Assembly: GCA_963767925.1 (NCBI GenBank)
Contig: CAVYGB010000008.1
Coordinates: 672,001-736,000 of the forward strand
Direction: 5' to 3'
Length of the DNA: 64,000 nucleotides
Origin: an uncultured delta proteobacterium
GTDB lineage: Bacteria > Myxococcota_A > Polyangia > Fen-1088
Shown: piece by piece, positions 49,145 through 58,728 of the stretch
Numbering within the stretch: position 1 is the first letter of the stretch
Layout: each line of letters opens with the position of its first letter
Translations under genes and position numbers: made by a program
The notes under the pieces: generated by a model
What the model saw: only the letters and a program-made list of their open reading frames with translations
The model's database searches: none
Told to the model about the DNA's origin: nothing

Positions 49145-50146
49145 GTGCCACCACGCAAAGGCAAGCCCAGTGGAACGCCCCGCAAGCGCAAGGGGGTCAA
49201 GCTCAAGCCGACCGACCTGGGTCCTCGGGCCCTCGCCCTCGAAGATCCGAGCCCCGAGCTGAAGGCCCTCGCCGCCCAGGTGGAGTCGGACGGCGGGGCC
49301 GTGCTGGCCATCTACCGCGAGCCCCTCGGGGGCCACGCCTTGCTCCTCGTGGCCCTGCCCATCGATGAGGTGGTCCCTACCCCGTTCCAGCGGGACATCT
49401 CCGACGCCCACGTGCGCCGCCTGACCCAGGCGATGGACAAGACGAAGCGGTTCCTCGATCCGGTCATCGCCGTGCGGGAGGAGCGCGGGCGCGACGGGAA
49501 AGACGGAGAGAAGGGCCGCTACTGGATCCCCAACGGGTACCACCGGCTGACCGCCCTCAAGGAGCTCGGCGCCAAGAGCCTGCTCGCGCTGCTGGTCCCC
49601 GAGCCCGAGGTTGCCTACCAGATCCTCGCCCTCAACATCGAGAAGGCTCACAACCTGCGGGAGAAGGCCCTCGGCGTGGTGCGGATGTACCGCGACCTCA
49701 TCGAGTCCGGCAGCAAGACCAGCGAGGAGGACCGCGCGCTCGAGTTCGAGGAGCCGGCCCTGGCCACCCTCGGCTTCGCCTACGAGAAGCGCCCCCGCCT
49801 GTCCGGCGGCGCCTACCACCCGGTCCTGCGCAAGGTCGACGTCTGGATCGACGGCACCCTGGCCAGGTCGGTGGATGACCGCGAGGGCCGCGCCGACGCC
49901 CTGCTGGCCCTCGACGACGCTGTCAACGACGCCATCGCCGGCCTGAAGGAGCGGGGCTTCAACAGCCCCTACCTGCGCGCCTTCGTCGTCGCCCGGATCA
50001 ACCCGCTGCGCTTCATGAAGGGCAAGGCGCCCCCCCTCGACGAGCTGCTGGCCGGCATGACCAAACGCGCCCGGGGCATGGACCTCGGCCGCATCAAGCC
50101 CGCCGACGTCGCCCGCACCGGCGGCCCCCCCGAGGCCACCGAATGA
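49145..50146 (+). CDS. ParB/Srx N-terminal domain protein
   Basis: PTPFQRD, FLDPVIA, NGYHRLTA, ALNIEK. Confidence 0.75.
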   Translation: MPPRKGKPSGTPRKRKGVKLKPTDLGPRALALEDPSPELKALAAQVESDGGAVLAIYREPLGGHALLLVALPIDEVVPTPFQRDISDAHVRRLTQAMDKTKRFLDPVIAVREERGRDGKDGEKGRYWIPNGYHRLTALKELGAKSLLALLVPEPEVAYQILALNIEKAHNLREKALGVVRMYRDLIESGSKTSEEDRALEFEEPALATLGFAYEKRPRLSGGAYHPVLRKVDVWIDGTLARSVDDREGRADALLALDDAVNDAIAGLKERGFNSPYLRAFVVARINPLRFMKGKAPPLDELLAGMTKRARGMDLGRIKPADVARTGGPPEATE

Positions 50147-50162
50147 GGCCCCTCTCGCCCTG

Positions 50163-50182
50163 ACCCCCGGAGAAGGGGGTTT

Positions 50183-50183
<1 letters not shown>
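50163..50183 (+). terminator. Short intrinsic terminator-like hairpin
   Basis: ACCCCC-GGAGAA-GGGGGT followed by TTT, between convergent ParB-like gene and tRNA. Confidence 0.45.
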
Positions 50184-50258
<75 letters not shown>

Positions 50259-50349
50259 GTGCCACCCGCCTTGCGACGAGTGGGGGCGAAGTCTACTTAT
50301 TCGGCCGGGGTTTGCAAAGGCGAAACGGCCTTGCTCTGATGGGTGGGCG

Positions 50350-51132
50350 ATGACGAGACCTCCGGCGCCGGAGCGCGCGCGGCCGCCGGTGGGGCGGGGG
50401 GGGAAGGTGCGGGCGGACCTCGCGGTGGTGGACCAGGGGCTGGCCCCCTCGCGGGAGCGGGCCCGAGCCCTGATCCTGGCGGGTGAGGTGCTGGAGGGGG
50501 ATCGGCCGGTGGCAAAGGCGGGCGAGCTGGTGGGGGCCGAGGCGACCCTGCGGCTGCGGAGCGAGCCGATGCCCTACGTGTCACGGGGCGGGTTGAAGCT
50601 GGCGCACGCGCTCGCGACCTTCGCGGTCGACGTGAGAGGACGGGTGGCGGTCGACGTGGGGGCCTCCACCGGGGGGTTCACCGATTGTCTGCTGCAGGCG
50701 GGCGCCGGCCGGGTGTATTGCGTGGACGTGGGGCAGGGGCAGCTCGACTGGAAGGTCGCCTCGGATCCGCGGGTGGTGGTGATGGATCGGACCAACGCGC
50801 GGCATCTCACCCCGGATCGGCTGCCCGAGCCGTGCGATCTGGCGGTTGTCGATGTCTCTTTCATCTCCTTGCGGCTCGTGTTGCCGGCGGTGGTGCCGCT
50901 CCTGCGCCCCGGGGCGCCGCTGGTCACCCTGGTCAAGCCGCAGTTCGAGGTCGGGCGCGAGCGGGTCGGAAAGGGCGGCATCGTGCGCGACGAGGGGGCC
51001 CGGGCCGACGCGGTCGCCGGGGTGGCGGAGGCCGCCCGGACCCTCGGGCTGTCGGTGCTCGGCCAGACCCAGTCCCCGATCACCGGTCAGAAGGGGAACG
51101 TCGAGTTCCTCCTCCACCTGCTGCGACCCTAG
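50350..51132 (+). CDS. tlyA: TlyA family rRNA 2'-O-methyltransferase
   Basis: S4 domain; YVSRGGLKL, DVGASTGGFTDCLLQ, KPQFE, GNVEF. Confidence 0.93.
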   Translation: MTRPPAPERARPPVGRGGKVRADLAVVDQGLAPSRERARALILAGEVLEGDRPVAKAGELVGAEATLRLRSEPMPYVSRGGLKLAHALATFAVDVRGRVAVDVGASTGGFTDCLLQAGAGRVYCVDVGQGQLDWKVASDPRVVVMDRTNARHLTPDRLPEPCDLAVVDVSFISLRLVLPAVVPLLRPGAPLVTLVKPQFEVGRERVGKGGIVRDEGARADAVAGVAEAARTLGLSVLGQTQSPITGQKGNVEFLLHLLRP

Positions 51133-51220
51133 CCGCGGCCCGGGCGCTATCGGCCGGAACGCCGACGCTCCCCGTCGGAAACGCTTTTGGGCGCTCGGCC
51201 ATCCGACGTATCCTCGAAGC

Positions 51221-52192
51221 ATGGTCGTCCTGGTGACGGGCAGCGCGGGCTTCATCGGATCGCATCTGGCCGAGCGGCTCACCGGGCGAGGCGACCGGGT
51301 GGTGGGGCTCGACAACTTCGACGGGTTCTATCCGCGCCCGATCAAGGAGGCGAACCTCGAGGGCCTGCGTGGCCAGGCCGGGTTCTCGCTTGTCGAGGGG
51401 GACATCCGGGTGCCGGGCGACCTCGATCGGGCCCTCGCCGCGGCCGGCTCGGTCGACGTGGTCGTGCACCTGGCGGCGCTGGCCGGGGTGCGCCCCTCGC
51501 TGCGCGAGCCGGAGCGGTTCTACGACGTCAACGTGATGGGGACCCTGCGCCTCCTCGATGCCGCCCGGCGAGCGGGGGTCCGGCGGGTCGTGTTCGCCTC
51601 CTCCTCCTCGGTCTACGGGGCGGACAGCAAGCCTCCCTTCCAGGAGGAAGACCCCTGCGGCCGGCCGCTGTCGCCTTATGCGGCGACAAAACGCATGGGT
51701 GAGCTGACCGCCTGGAACGCCCACCACCTGGACGGCATGGCCCTGACCTGCTTGCGGTTCTTCACCGCCTACGGTCCCCGGCAGCGGCCCGATCTGGCCA
51801 TCCACAAGTTCACCGCCCGCATCGCCCGGGGCGAGCCGATCGAGCTGTTCGGCGACGGCAGCAGCTCGCGGGACTACACCTTCATCGACGACCTGATCGA
51901 CGGGGTGGTGGCGGCCATCGACAAGCAGGCCGCCGATCGCGAGCCGCGCTACTGCATCTACAACCTCGGCGGGTCGCACACCACCTCGCTGACCGAGATG
52001 GTCGAGCAGGTGGCGGCGGCCCTGGGCCGCCGTCCCGAGGTGGTCCGGGTGCCCGCCCCGCCCGGGGAGATGCCCGAGACGCTGGCCGACATCGGGCTGG
52101 CCGGACGGGAGCTGGGCTATGCCCCCCGGGTCCCCCTCCGCGAGGGACTGGCCCGCTTCGTCGCCTGGTGGAAACGCCGATCCGAGCCCTGA
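51221..52192 (+). CDS. NAD-dependent nucleotide-sugar epimerase (UDP-glucuronate 4-epimerase-like)
   Basis: GSAGFIG, HLAALAGVR, ASSSSVYG, YAATK, RFFT.YGP.QRPD. Confidence 0.9.
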   Translation: MVVLVTGSAGFIGSHLAERLTGRGDRVVGLDNFDGFYPRPIKEANLEGLRGQAGFSLVEGDIRVPGDLDRALAAAGSVDVVVHLAALAGVRPSLREPERFYDVNVMGTLRLLDAARRAGVRRVVFASSSSVYGADSKPPFQEEDPCGRPLSPYAATKRMGELTAWNAHHLDGMALTCLRFFTAYGPRQRPDLAIHKFTARIARGEPIELFGDGSSSRDYTFIDDLIDGVVAAIDKQAADREPRYCIYNLGGSHTTSLTEMVEQVAAALGRRPEVVRVPAPPGEMPETLADIGLAGRELGYAPRVPLREGLARFVAWWKRRSEP

Positions 52193-52214
52193 CCCGTCGA
52201 GTGCCCGGCGAGCC

Positions 52215-53522
52215 CTAGGCGTGGGGGCGGCCGATGCCGTAGTAGGTGAAGCCGGCGGCCCGCAGGGTCTCCGGATCCCACTGGTTGCGCCCGTCGAACA
52301 CGACCGGCTCCTTCATCGCCCGCTTGAGGCGCTCGAGGTTGGGGCGGCGGTATTCGTGCCACTCGGTGACCAGCGCCAGGGCGTCGGCGCCCTCGGCGCA
52401 GCGGTAGGCCCCGGTCTCGAAGCGGACCCGGTCACCAAGCACCTTGCGGGCCGGGGCCAGGGCCTGCGGATCGGTGACCGTGACCTCGGCCCCCGCCGCC
52501 AGGAGCTGGTCGACCAGCACCAGGGCCGGCGCTTCCCGGATGTCATCGGTGCCCGGCTTGAAGGCGATCCCCCAGACGGCGATGCGCCGTCCGGCGAGCT
52601 TGCCCTCGAAGTGCCGGAGGAGGTCCTCCCCCAGCCGGAGCTTCTGCCGATCGTTGACCCGGTTGACCGCCTCGAGGAGCTGCATCGGCACCCCCGCCTC
52701 GCGCCCGCTGCTCAGCGCCGCCCGCAGGTCCTTCGGGAAGCAGCTCCCGCCGAAGCCCACCCCGGCGTAGAGGAACTTCGGCCCGATGCGGGCGTCCGAG
52801 CCCATGCCCCGCCGGACCAGCTCGATGTCGGCCCCCAGGGCGTCACACAGGTTGGCGAGCTCGTTCATGAAGGAGATGCGGGTGGCCAGCATGGCGTTGG
52901 CCGCGTATTTGGTGAGCTCGGCCGATCGCCGGTCCATCAGCATCACGCGATCGCTCGAGCGGGTGAAGGGGGCATACAGGGCCTTGAGGGTCTTGATGGC
53001 CCGCTTGTCCGAGCAGCCGATGATGATCCGGTCGGGCTTCATGAAGTCGTTGACCGCGTCCCCTTCCTTGAGGAACTCCGGATTGGAGGCTACCGCCACC
53101 TCGTGCTGGCTCACCGATCGGACCAGGGCCTCGATCTTGTCGCCGGTGCCCACCGGCACCGTCGACTTGGTGACGAGGACCGCCCAGCCGGTGAGGGCGC
53201 GCGCCGCCGACTCGGCGGCCTGGAAGATGTACGAGAGGTCGGCCGACCCGTCCGGCCCGGGCGGGGTCCCCACCGCCAGCACCACCACCTCGGCGCCCGC
53301 CACCGAGCCGGGCACGTCGGTCGTGAACGCCAGCCGCTGCTCGGCGACGTTGTGGGCGACCAGGCGATCGAGGCCTGGTTCGAAGATCGGGATCTGCCCC
53401 CGCTGCAACATGGCGATCTTCTCGGCGTCGATGTCACAGCACACCACGTCCTGGCCCATGTCCGCGAAGCCTGCGCCTGCGACGAGCCCCACATACCCGG
53501 TGCCGATCACACAGATTTTCAT
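52215..53522 (-). CDS. ugd: UDP-glucose 6-dehydrogenase
   Basis: IGTGYVG, KSTVPVGT, NPEFLKEG, GFGGSCFPKD, FKPGTDDIRE, DGRN. Confidence 0.95.
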   Translation of the reverse strand: MKICVIGTGYVGLVAGAGFADMGQDVVCCDIDAEKIAMLQRGQIPIFEPGLDRLVAHNVAEQRLAFTTDVPGSVAGAEVVVLAVGTPPGPDGSADLSYIFQAAESAARALTGWAVLVTKSTVPVGTGDKIEALVRSVSQHEVAVASNPEFLKEGDAVNDFMKPDRIIIGCSDKRAIKTLKALYAPFTRSSDRVMLMDRRSAELTKYAANAMLATRISFMNELANLCDALGADIELVRRGMGSDARIGPKFLYAGVGFGGSCFPKDLRAALSSGREAGVPMQLLEAVNRVNDRQKLRLGEDLLRHFEGKLAGRRIAVWGIAFKPGTDDIREAPALVLVDQLLAAGAEVTVTDPQALAPARKVLGDRVRFETGAYRCAEGADALALVTEWHEYRRPNLERLKRAMKEPVVFDGRNQWDPETLRAAGFTYYGIGRPHA

Positions 53523-53570
53523 GGCCCGGGCAGTCTAACACGACCATTGGCGCCGGTGTTACGGTAGGCC

Positions 53571-54572
53571 ATGCAGGTGATGTTGCTCGCGGCCGGACGC
53601 TCCACGCGCCTCGGCGCGCTCGGGCTGGCCCGGCCCAAACCTCTGGTCCCGATCTGCGGGTACCCCGCGCTGGCCTACGGGCTGCAACGGTGCGCCCAGG
53701 CCGGCCTGCGACAGGTCGTCATCAACCTACATCACCACGGCGAGCAGATCCGCGCAGCGGTCGGCGACGGCGCGGCCTTTGGCCTCTCGGTGCGCTACTC
53801 GGAGGAGGTCGAGCTGCTGGGGACCGGCGGCGGGATCGCCCAGGCGCGGCCCCTGTTCGTCCCGGGGCCGGTGCTGATCATCAACGGCAAGGTGGTGGCC
53901 GACATCGATTTCCGCTCGGTGATCGCCGCCCATCGGGGCGCACCCGCAGGCACGGTCGCGACGATGGTCGTGCGCCCGCTCGACGAGCCCGGACGCTTCG
54001 CGCCGGTCACCGTCGACGAACAGGGGCGGGTTGTCGGCCTCCGGGGTCGGCCTGGCAAGGTGGCGCCCCGGGGGAAGATCGCCGACCGGATGTTCACCGG
54101 GATTCACATCCTCGAGCCCAGCTTGCTCGATCGCCTGCCGGTGGCCGGCGTCTCCGACGTCATTGCCGACGCCTACCAGCCGGCGCTCGAGGAGGGGGCC
54201 CACGTGCAGGCCCTCGATCACGCGGGCTACTTCGAGGAGCACTCCACGCCCGCGACCTATCTGCAGGGGAACTTCGCGCTCCTGCGGCGTCCCGAGCTGC
54301 TCGGCTCGTCACCGGGGCCGCTCACCGGGATCGATCCGACCGCGCAGGTGCACCCCGCCGCCACCGTCGTGCCGCCGGTGCGGATCGCGGCCGGAGCGAC
54401 GATCGAGGCCGGCGTCCGACTCGGCCCCGACGTCGTCATCGGGGCCGGCGCACGCGTGCACGCGGGGGCCCACCTCGAGCGGGCGGTAGTCTGGGAGGGG
54501 GCGAGCGCCAGCGGCACCGTGACCGACGCGGTGGTGACCCGCGAAGGCCTGGTTGCCGCTGGCGGAGGCTGA
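53571..54572 (+). CDS. Sugar-phosphate nucleotidyltransferase with C-terminal hexapeptide repeats
   Basis: LAAGRSTRL...PKPL, LGTGGG; left-handed beta-helix tail. Confidence 0.87.
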   Translation: MQVMLLAAGRSTRLGALGLARPKPLVPICGYPALAYGLQRCAQAGLRQVVINLHHHGEQIRAAVGDGAAFGLSVRYSEEVELLGTGGGIAQARPLFVPGPVLIINGKVVADIDFRSVIAAHRGAPAGTVATMVVRPLDEPGRFAPVTVDEQGRVVGLRGRPGKVAPRGKIADRMFTGIHILEPSLLDRLPVAGVSDVIADAYQPALEEGAHVQALDHAGYFEEHSTPATYLQGNFALLRRPELLGSSPGPLTGIDPTAQVHPAATVVPPVRIAAGATIEAGVRLGPDVVIGAGARVHAGAHLERAVVWEGASASGTVTDAVVTREGLVAAGGG

Positions 54573-54573
54573 G

Positions 54574-54939
54574 CTAGGGGACCAGGCCGTTGCGCAGCCG
54601 GGCGCCCCCGCCCATGTCCATCCGGACGGCGCCGTCGCGGCGCACGGCCGTGTCGCTGCGGCCGGCATCGCGCGCGCCGGCGTCGCGCGAGGTGGCGGCG
54701 TCCCGGCGGACGGCCGCATCGGGCGTCCGGCCTCCGGAGGCGGGCGTACCGCCGCCGCCACCGGAGCCGCCGCCACCAGCGGAGCCCGCGCTGCCGCCGG
54801 TTCCTCCGCTGGCCGGTCCCCGGGCGGCGTCGGCGGCGCGGCCTCCGTCCCCACTGCCCCGATCGACGGCCTCGACACAACCGAAAAGCAGGAGGCACGT
54901 CACGGCCAGGGTCCGGGTCATCAAACGCGTCGGCATCAT
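54574..54939 (-). CDS. Small low-complexity lipoprotein
   Basis: AAGGAG SD; lipobox LFGC; Gly/Asp-Ala-rich. Confidence 0.55.
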   Translation of the reverse strand: MMPTRLMTRTLAVTCLLLFGCVEAVDRGSGDGGRAADAARGPASGGTGGSAGSAGGGGSGGGGGTPASGGRTPDAAVRRDAATSRDAGARDAGRSDTAVRRDGAVRMDMGGGARLRNGLVP

Positions 54940-55120
54940 CTATCTCTCCTTCGTTCGTCCTTCGTCCTGCGAGATCGCTGAAAACCGCCTGAAACAGCGA
55001 GATTTCCCGCGGCGGCGCCGACCTTAACCGAAGTTCGGGGCGAAAGGAATCCATCGCCGGGGGTCGCCGCCCCGCGGGTGACAGCCAATCCGGGCGCGGA
55101 GCGCGCTCGATCGCCCGGGT

Positions 55121-57313
55121 TTACCAGGCGGTCGGGGCGACGCCGTTTGCCGGCAACTTCTTGGTTACGGAATCGGCGGTCGGCGAGCCAGGATCCAGCA
55201 ACCCGGCCACGGCATCGGCCAGCAGCCGCTTGGGCGTGGCCTTCGGGAGCACGGCGTTCGCCCCGGCGGCGAGCGCTTGCCGCCGGGTTGGATGCACAGT
55301 GGCCCGGGACGAGAGCACGATCACAGGCAGCTCCTTGAGCGTGGGCTCGGTCCGGATCTTCTCGATCAGCTCGAGCCCGCCGATGCGGGGCATCTCCAGA
55401 TCGGTGACGACGGCGTCGAAGCGGCGCTCGGAGAGCAGCTCCCAGGCGTCCCATCCGTCGGCGGCGGTGACCGCCTGGAAGCCGGAGGCCACCAGCACGC
55501 GGGCGGTGGCCTCCCGGGCCAGGCGCGAATCGTCGACAACCAGGACCCGCTGGGTCCGCCGGGTCAGCGACTGGCCGGGGCGGTTCTGGGAGAACGCCGC
55601 ATCCGCCAGGGCGTTCAGGTCGAAGATGAGCTGCGCCTTCCCCGCGCCGGAGATGGTGGCGCCCGCGTAGAGGCCGAGGCCGCTCAGCACCGGGTCGAGC
55701 GGGCGCACCACGATGGTCCGGGGTCCGATGATCTTGTCGCAGGTGGCGACGAAGCTGCGCTGGCCCGAGCGGAGGTGCAGGGCGGCCGCCCGGCGCAGCG
55801 GCGGCATCTCCACCCCCAGCAGGGCCTGCAGGCGCAGCACCGGCACCCGCCGCTGCCCCGCCTTGGACCCGGCCGCGCGCAGGGCATCGGGCCGCAGCGG
55901 CAGCGCCTCGACCACCTGGGCGGCCGGCACCGCGTAGACCTGTCCGCCAACCTTGAAGAGGACCGCCTCGGTGATGGTGGTGGTGAGCGGGACCGTCAGC
56001 CGGAACCGGGCCCCCTCGCCGGAGGGCGACTCCAGCTTCACCTCGCCCCCGATCCGACCCAGGGAGCGCTTGACGATGTCGAGCCCCATGCCCCGCCCGG
56101 CGAGGCCGTCGGCCTTGGTCCGGGTGGAGAAGCCGGGGAGAAAGAGGGTGGCCAGCAGCCCCTCGTCGCCCGGGCTGGCGGACGCCTGCCGGCGTTCGAG
56201 GGCCCGTTTCACCAGCTCGCGGTCGACGCCGCGGCCGTCGTCCTCGAAGCGGATCAGCAGGCCCTGTTCGCCCCGCTCGGCCGAGACGGTGAGCCGGCCT
56301 CGGGCCGGCTTGCCCTGGGCCACCCGCTCGAGGGGGAGCTCGATCCCGTGGGCCATCGCGTTCCGCAGCAGGTGCAGCAGGGCCTCGCCCAGTTGCTCGC
56401 ACAGGCGGTGGTCGACCTCGATCTCACCCCCGCTGATCGCCAGGTCGGCCTGGATGCCGGTGCTCCGCTCCAGCTCGCGCAGGGCGTGGGGCAGTCGCTG
56501 GAAGGCCCAGTCCAGGGGGAGCAGGCGGGCCCGCCGGAGCTGCTCGTCGAGGTCGGCCGCCGTCCGGCGCAGCGAGCCCGCCTCGCCGCCCAGCGCCCGG
56601 GTGGCCCGATCGACGTGGCTGGTGGCGGTGCCGAGCTCCAGCTCGACGTCGCCGAGGCGGTCGAGCCAGCCCGGCGAGCGGGCGGCCTGGGGACCGATCC
56701 GGCTCCCCTCCACCAGGGCCTCGCGCAGGCGGGCCCTCGTCTGGTGCAGGTCGCGCAGCACGCTCTCCAGCTCCTGCAGCCGGCGTTCGATCCGGGTCCC
56801 CAGGATCACCAGGTCGCCCACCCCGTCGAGCAGCGAATCGAGCCGGCCGGCGTCGACCCGCCAGCTCGGCTCGTCGGCCGTGCGGCGATCGAGGCCCCGC
56901 CGGCGATCGGGCGCCCGCCGGCGCTCGATGGGGCTGCTCGAGCGGACCCCCGGGGCGGGGGCCGAGCGGGCCCCGTCGACGAGCGCCCGCAGGGTCGTCA
57001 AGCCCTCCTCGATCCGCTCGAGGATCCCCGCGGTCGCCGCCAGCCGCCCGGCCCGGATCTCGGCGCACAGCTCCTCGGTCTCGTGGGCCGCCCGGGCGAT
57101 GGCGTCGATGCCCACCGAGCCGGCGGCGCCCTTGAGCCGATGCAGGCAGCGCAGGAGCGTGGTGGCGGCCTCGGTGGCCGGTCCGCCCTCGGCCACCCGG
57201 CGCAGGGCCCGCTGCCCCTCGGCCAGGGCGGTCAGGTGGTGCTCCACCTCCTCGAGGAAGAGGCCCCGCACCAGGTCGGCCTCGGGGTCGAGCGGCTGCG
57301 AACGGCTGCCCAT
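55121..57313 (-). CDS. Hybrid CheA-like kinase (Hpt-dimerisation-HATPase-CheW-REC)
   Basis: LHRLKGAA; HLLRNAMAHGIE; DDGRG; PGFST; GRGMGLD; C-terminal VVDDS...TDLEMP. Confidence 0.92.
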   Translation of the reverse strand: MGSRSQPLDPEADLVRGLFLEEVEHHLTALAEGQRALRRVAEGGPATEAATTLLRCLHRLKGAAGSVGIDAIARAAHETEELCAEIRAGRLAATAGILERIEEGLTTLRALVDGARSAPAPGVRSSSPIERRRAPDRRRGLDRRTADEPSWRVDAGRLDSLLDGVGDLVILGTRIERRLQELESVLRDLHQTRARLREALVEGSRIGPQAARSPGWLDRLGDVELELGTATSHVDRATRALGGEAGSLRRTAADLDEQLRRARLLPLDWAFQRLPHALRELERSTGIQADLAISGGEIEVDHRLCEQLGEALLHLLRNAMAHGIELPLERVAQGKPARGRLTVSAERGEQGLLIRFEDDGRGVDRELVKRALERRQASASPGDEGLLATLFLPGFSTRTKADGLAGRGMGLDIVKRSLGRIGGEVKLESPSGEGARFRLTVPLTTTITEAVLFKVGGQVYAVPAAQVVEALPLRPDALRAAGSKAGQRRVPVLRLQALLGVEMPPLRRAAALHLRSGQRSFVATCDKIIGPRTIVVRPLDPVLSGLGLYAGATISGAGKAQLIFDLNALADAAFSQNRPGQSLTRRTQRVLVVDDSRLAREATARVLVASGFQAVTAADGWDAWELLSERRFDAVVTDLEMPRIGGLELIEKIRTEPTLKELPVIVLSSRATVHPTRRQALAAGANAVLPKATPKRLLADAVAGLLDPGSPTADSVTKKLPANGVAPTAW

Positions 57314-57366
57314 GGCGATCGCGCCCGTCCTTTCTCGCTGTCTCGCCTGTCCCGCTTGCTCGGCGG

Positions 57367-58227
57367 TCAGCCCGCGTGCGGCTCGGTCGCCGCCAGGCTC
57401 CCGGGCTGGTCCAGCGCCGAGAGCGCCAGGCGCAGGCCGCGCAGGGCCTGCGCCACCGGGGTGGGTCGCAGATCGGGATCGTCGATCAGCGTCCCCAGCC
57501 CGCCGAGCGCGCGCTCGAGGTCGGGCCGCCGCTCGCGCAGCAGCCTGACCAGGTCCGCCTCCCGCCCGGGCGGGGCGCGGAACCGGCTCACGCCCTGCCA
57601 CAGCCCGTGGGCCGAGGTGGTGAGCCGGCCGGCGGCCTGGGCGGTCTGGCCCGCCCCCTGGGTGATCTCCTCGGCCAGCGCGCGGACCCCCTCCATGGCC
57701 CGGGCGCTGTCGCCGGTGCTGGCGTCGAGGAGCTGGATGAAGGCGCCGATGTCCTTGCTGGCGGCCCCCGAACGCTCCGCCAGCTTGCGGACCTCGTCCG
57801 CCACCAGGCCGAACCCCTTGCCCTGGGTGCCCGCGCGCGACGCTTCGATGGCGGCGTTGAGGGCCAGGATGTTGGTCTCGGAGGCCACGTCCTCGAGCAG
57901 CTCCACGATCTGCCCCACCTCCTCCGAGCGGGCCCCCAGCGCCTGCAGCGTCCGGGCGATCTCGTTGATCGACTGGGCCTGGGTCTCGGCGCTGCGGGCG
58001 AGCTGGCGGACGGCGCCGTCGATCTGATCGGCCAGGGCGCCCATCTCGGCCGAGGCGGCCGCCATCTTCTGCAGGTCGCGGGCCAGCCCGTCGAGCGCCT
58101 CGTCGAGCGCCTGGCCGACCGGGTGAAGCTCGCCCGGGAGGGCGCCGCAACGCTGTGCCAGATCCCCTCGCTTGACCGCCTCGACGACAGCCAGCAGCCG
58201 TTCCACGGATGACCCGCTCTTGCTCAC
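57367..58227 (-). CDS. Soluble methyl-accepting chemotaxis protein without sensor domain
   Basis: [35 protein letters not shown]; no TM segment. Confidence 0.9.
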   Translation of the reverse strand: MSKSGSSVERLLAVVEAVKRGDLAQRCGALPGELHPVGQALDEALDGLARDLQKMAAASAEMGALADQIDGAVRQLARSAETQAQSINEIARTLQALGARSEEVGQIVELLEDVASETNILALNAAIEASRAGTQGKGFGLVADEVRKLAERSGAASKDIGAFIQLLDASTGDSARAMEGVRALAEEITQGAGQTAQAAGRLTTSAHGLWQGVSRFRAPPGREADLVRLLRERRPDLERALGGLGTLIDDPDLRPTPVAQALRGLRLALSALDQPGSLAATEPHAG

Positions 58228-58727
58228 GACGCCTCCTCCCGGCTCAGGCTCTGTCGCAAGGTCTCCAGCGCCAGGGTCGCGTCGAGCAGCAGAGCCGGGC
58301 CCTCGACGTCGAACACGGTGGCGCTCACGAAGCGGAGCTGGGACGGCGGCCGCCGGGCGTGCTCCTGGTGGATGCTGCCCAGCCGGCTGATCCGGCTCGC
58401 GGCGAAGGCCAGCCGGCACAGGGCCGGGCGGGCCCGGGAGGAGGGCGCGGCCCCGGCGGGGGCGGCCGTCTCCACCACCACGATGTGATCCTGTTCGGTC
58501 CCCAGGTAGCGGGCCGCCTCGGCCGGGTCGCCGGCGCCCGCGCCGAGCTGCGCGCCGAGGTCGAGCAGGGGCAACACCTGCCCCCGCACCGGCACCAGGC
58601 CGCGCAGCAGGGCGGGGGAGAGAGGCACCGGGGTGACCGCCGGCGTGGCCAGGACCTCGCGCACCACCTCGATGGGGAGCGCGCAGCGCCGTCCCCGCAC
58701 CTCGAAGAACAGCACCTGCAGGTTCAT
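58224..58727 (-). CDS. CheW-like protein
   Basis: [10 protein letters not shown]...TPVP...[15 protein letters not shown]. Confidence 0.88.
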   Translation of the reverse strand: MNLQVLFFEVRGRRCALPIEVVREVLATPAVTPVPLSPALLRGLVPVRGQVLPLLDLGAQLGAGAGDPAEAARYLGTEQDHIVVVETAAPAGAAPSSRARPALCRLAFAASRISRLGSIHQEHARRPPSQLRFVSATVFDVEGPALLLDATLALETLRQSLSREEAS

Positions 58728-58728
58728 G

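Noticed and set aside
50350..51132. TlyA as a hemolysin or virulence factor
   Set aside because: Motifs are those of the housekeeping rRNA methyltransferase; nothing supports a toxin role
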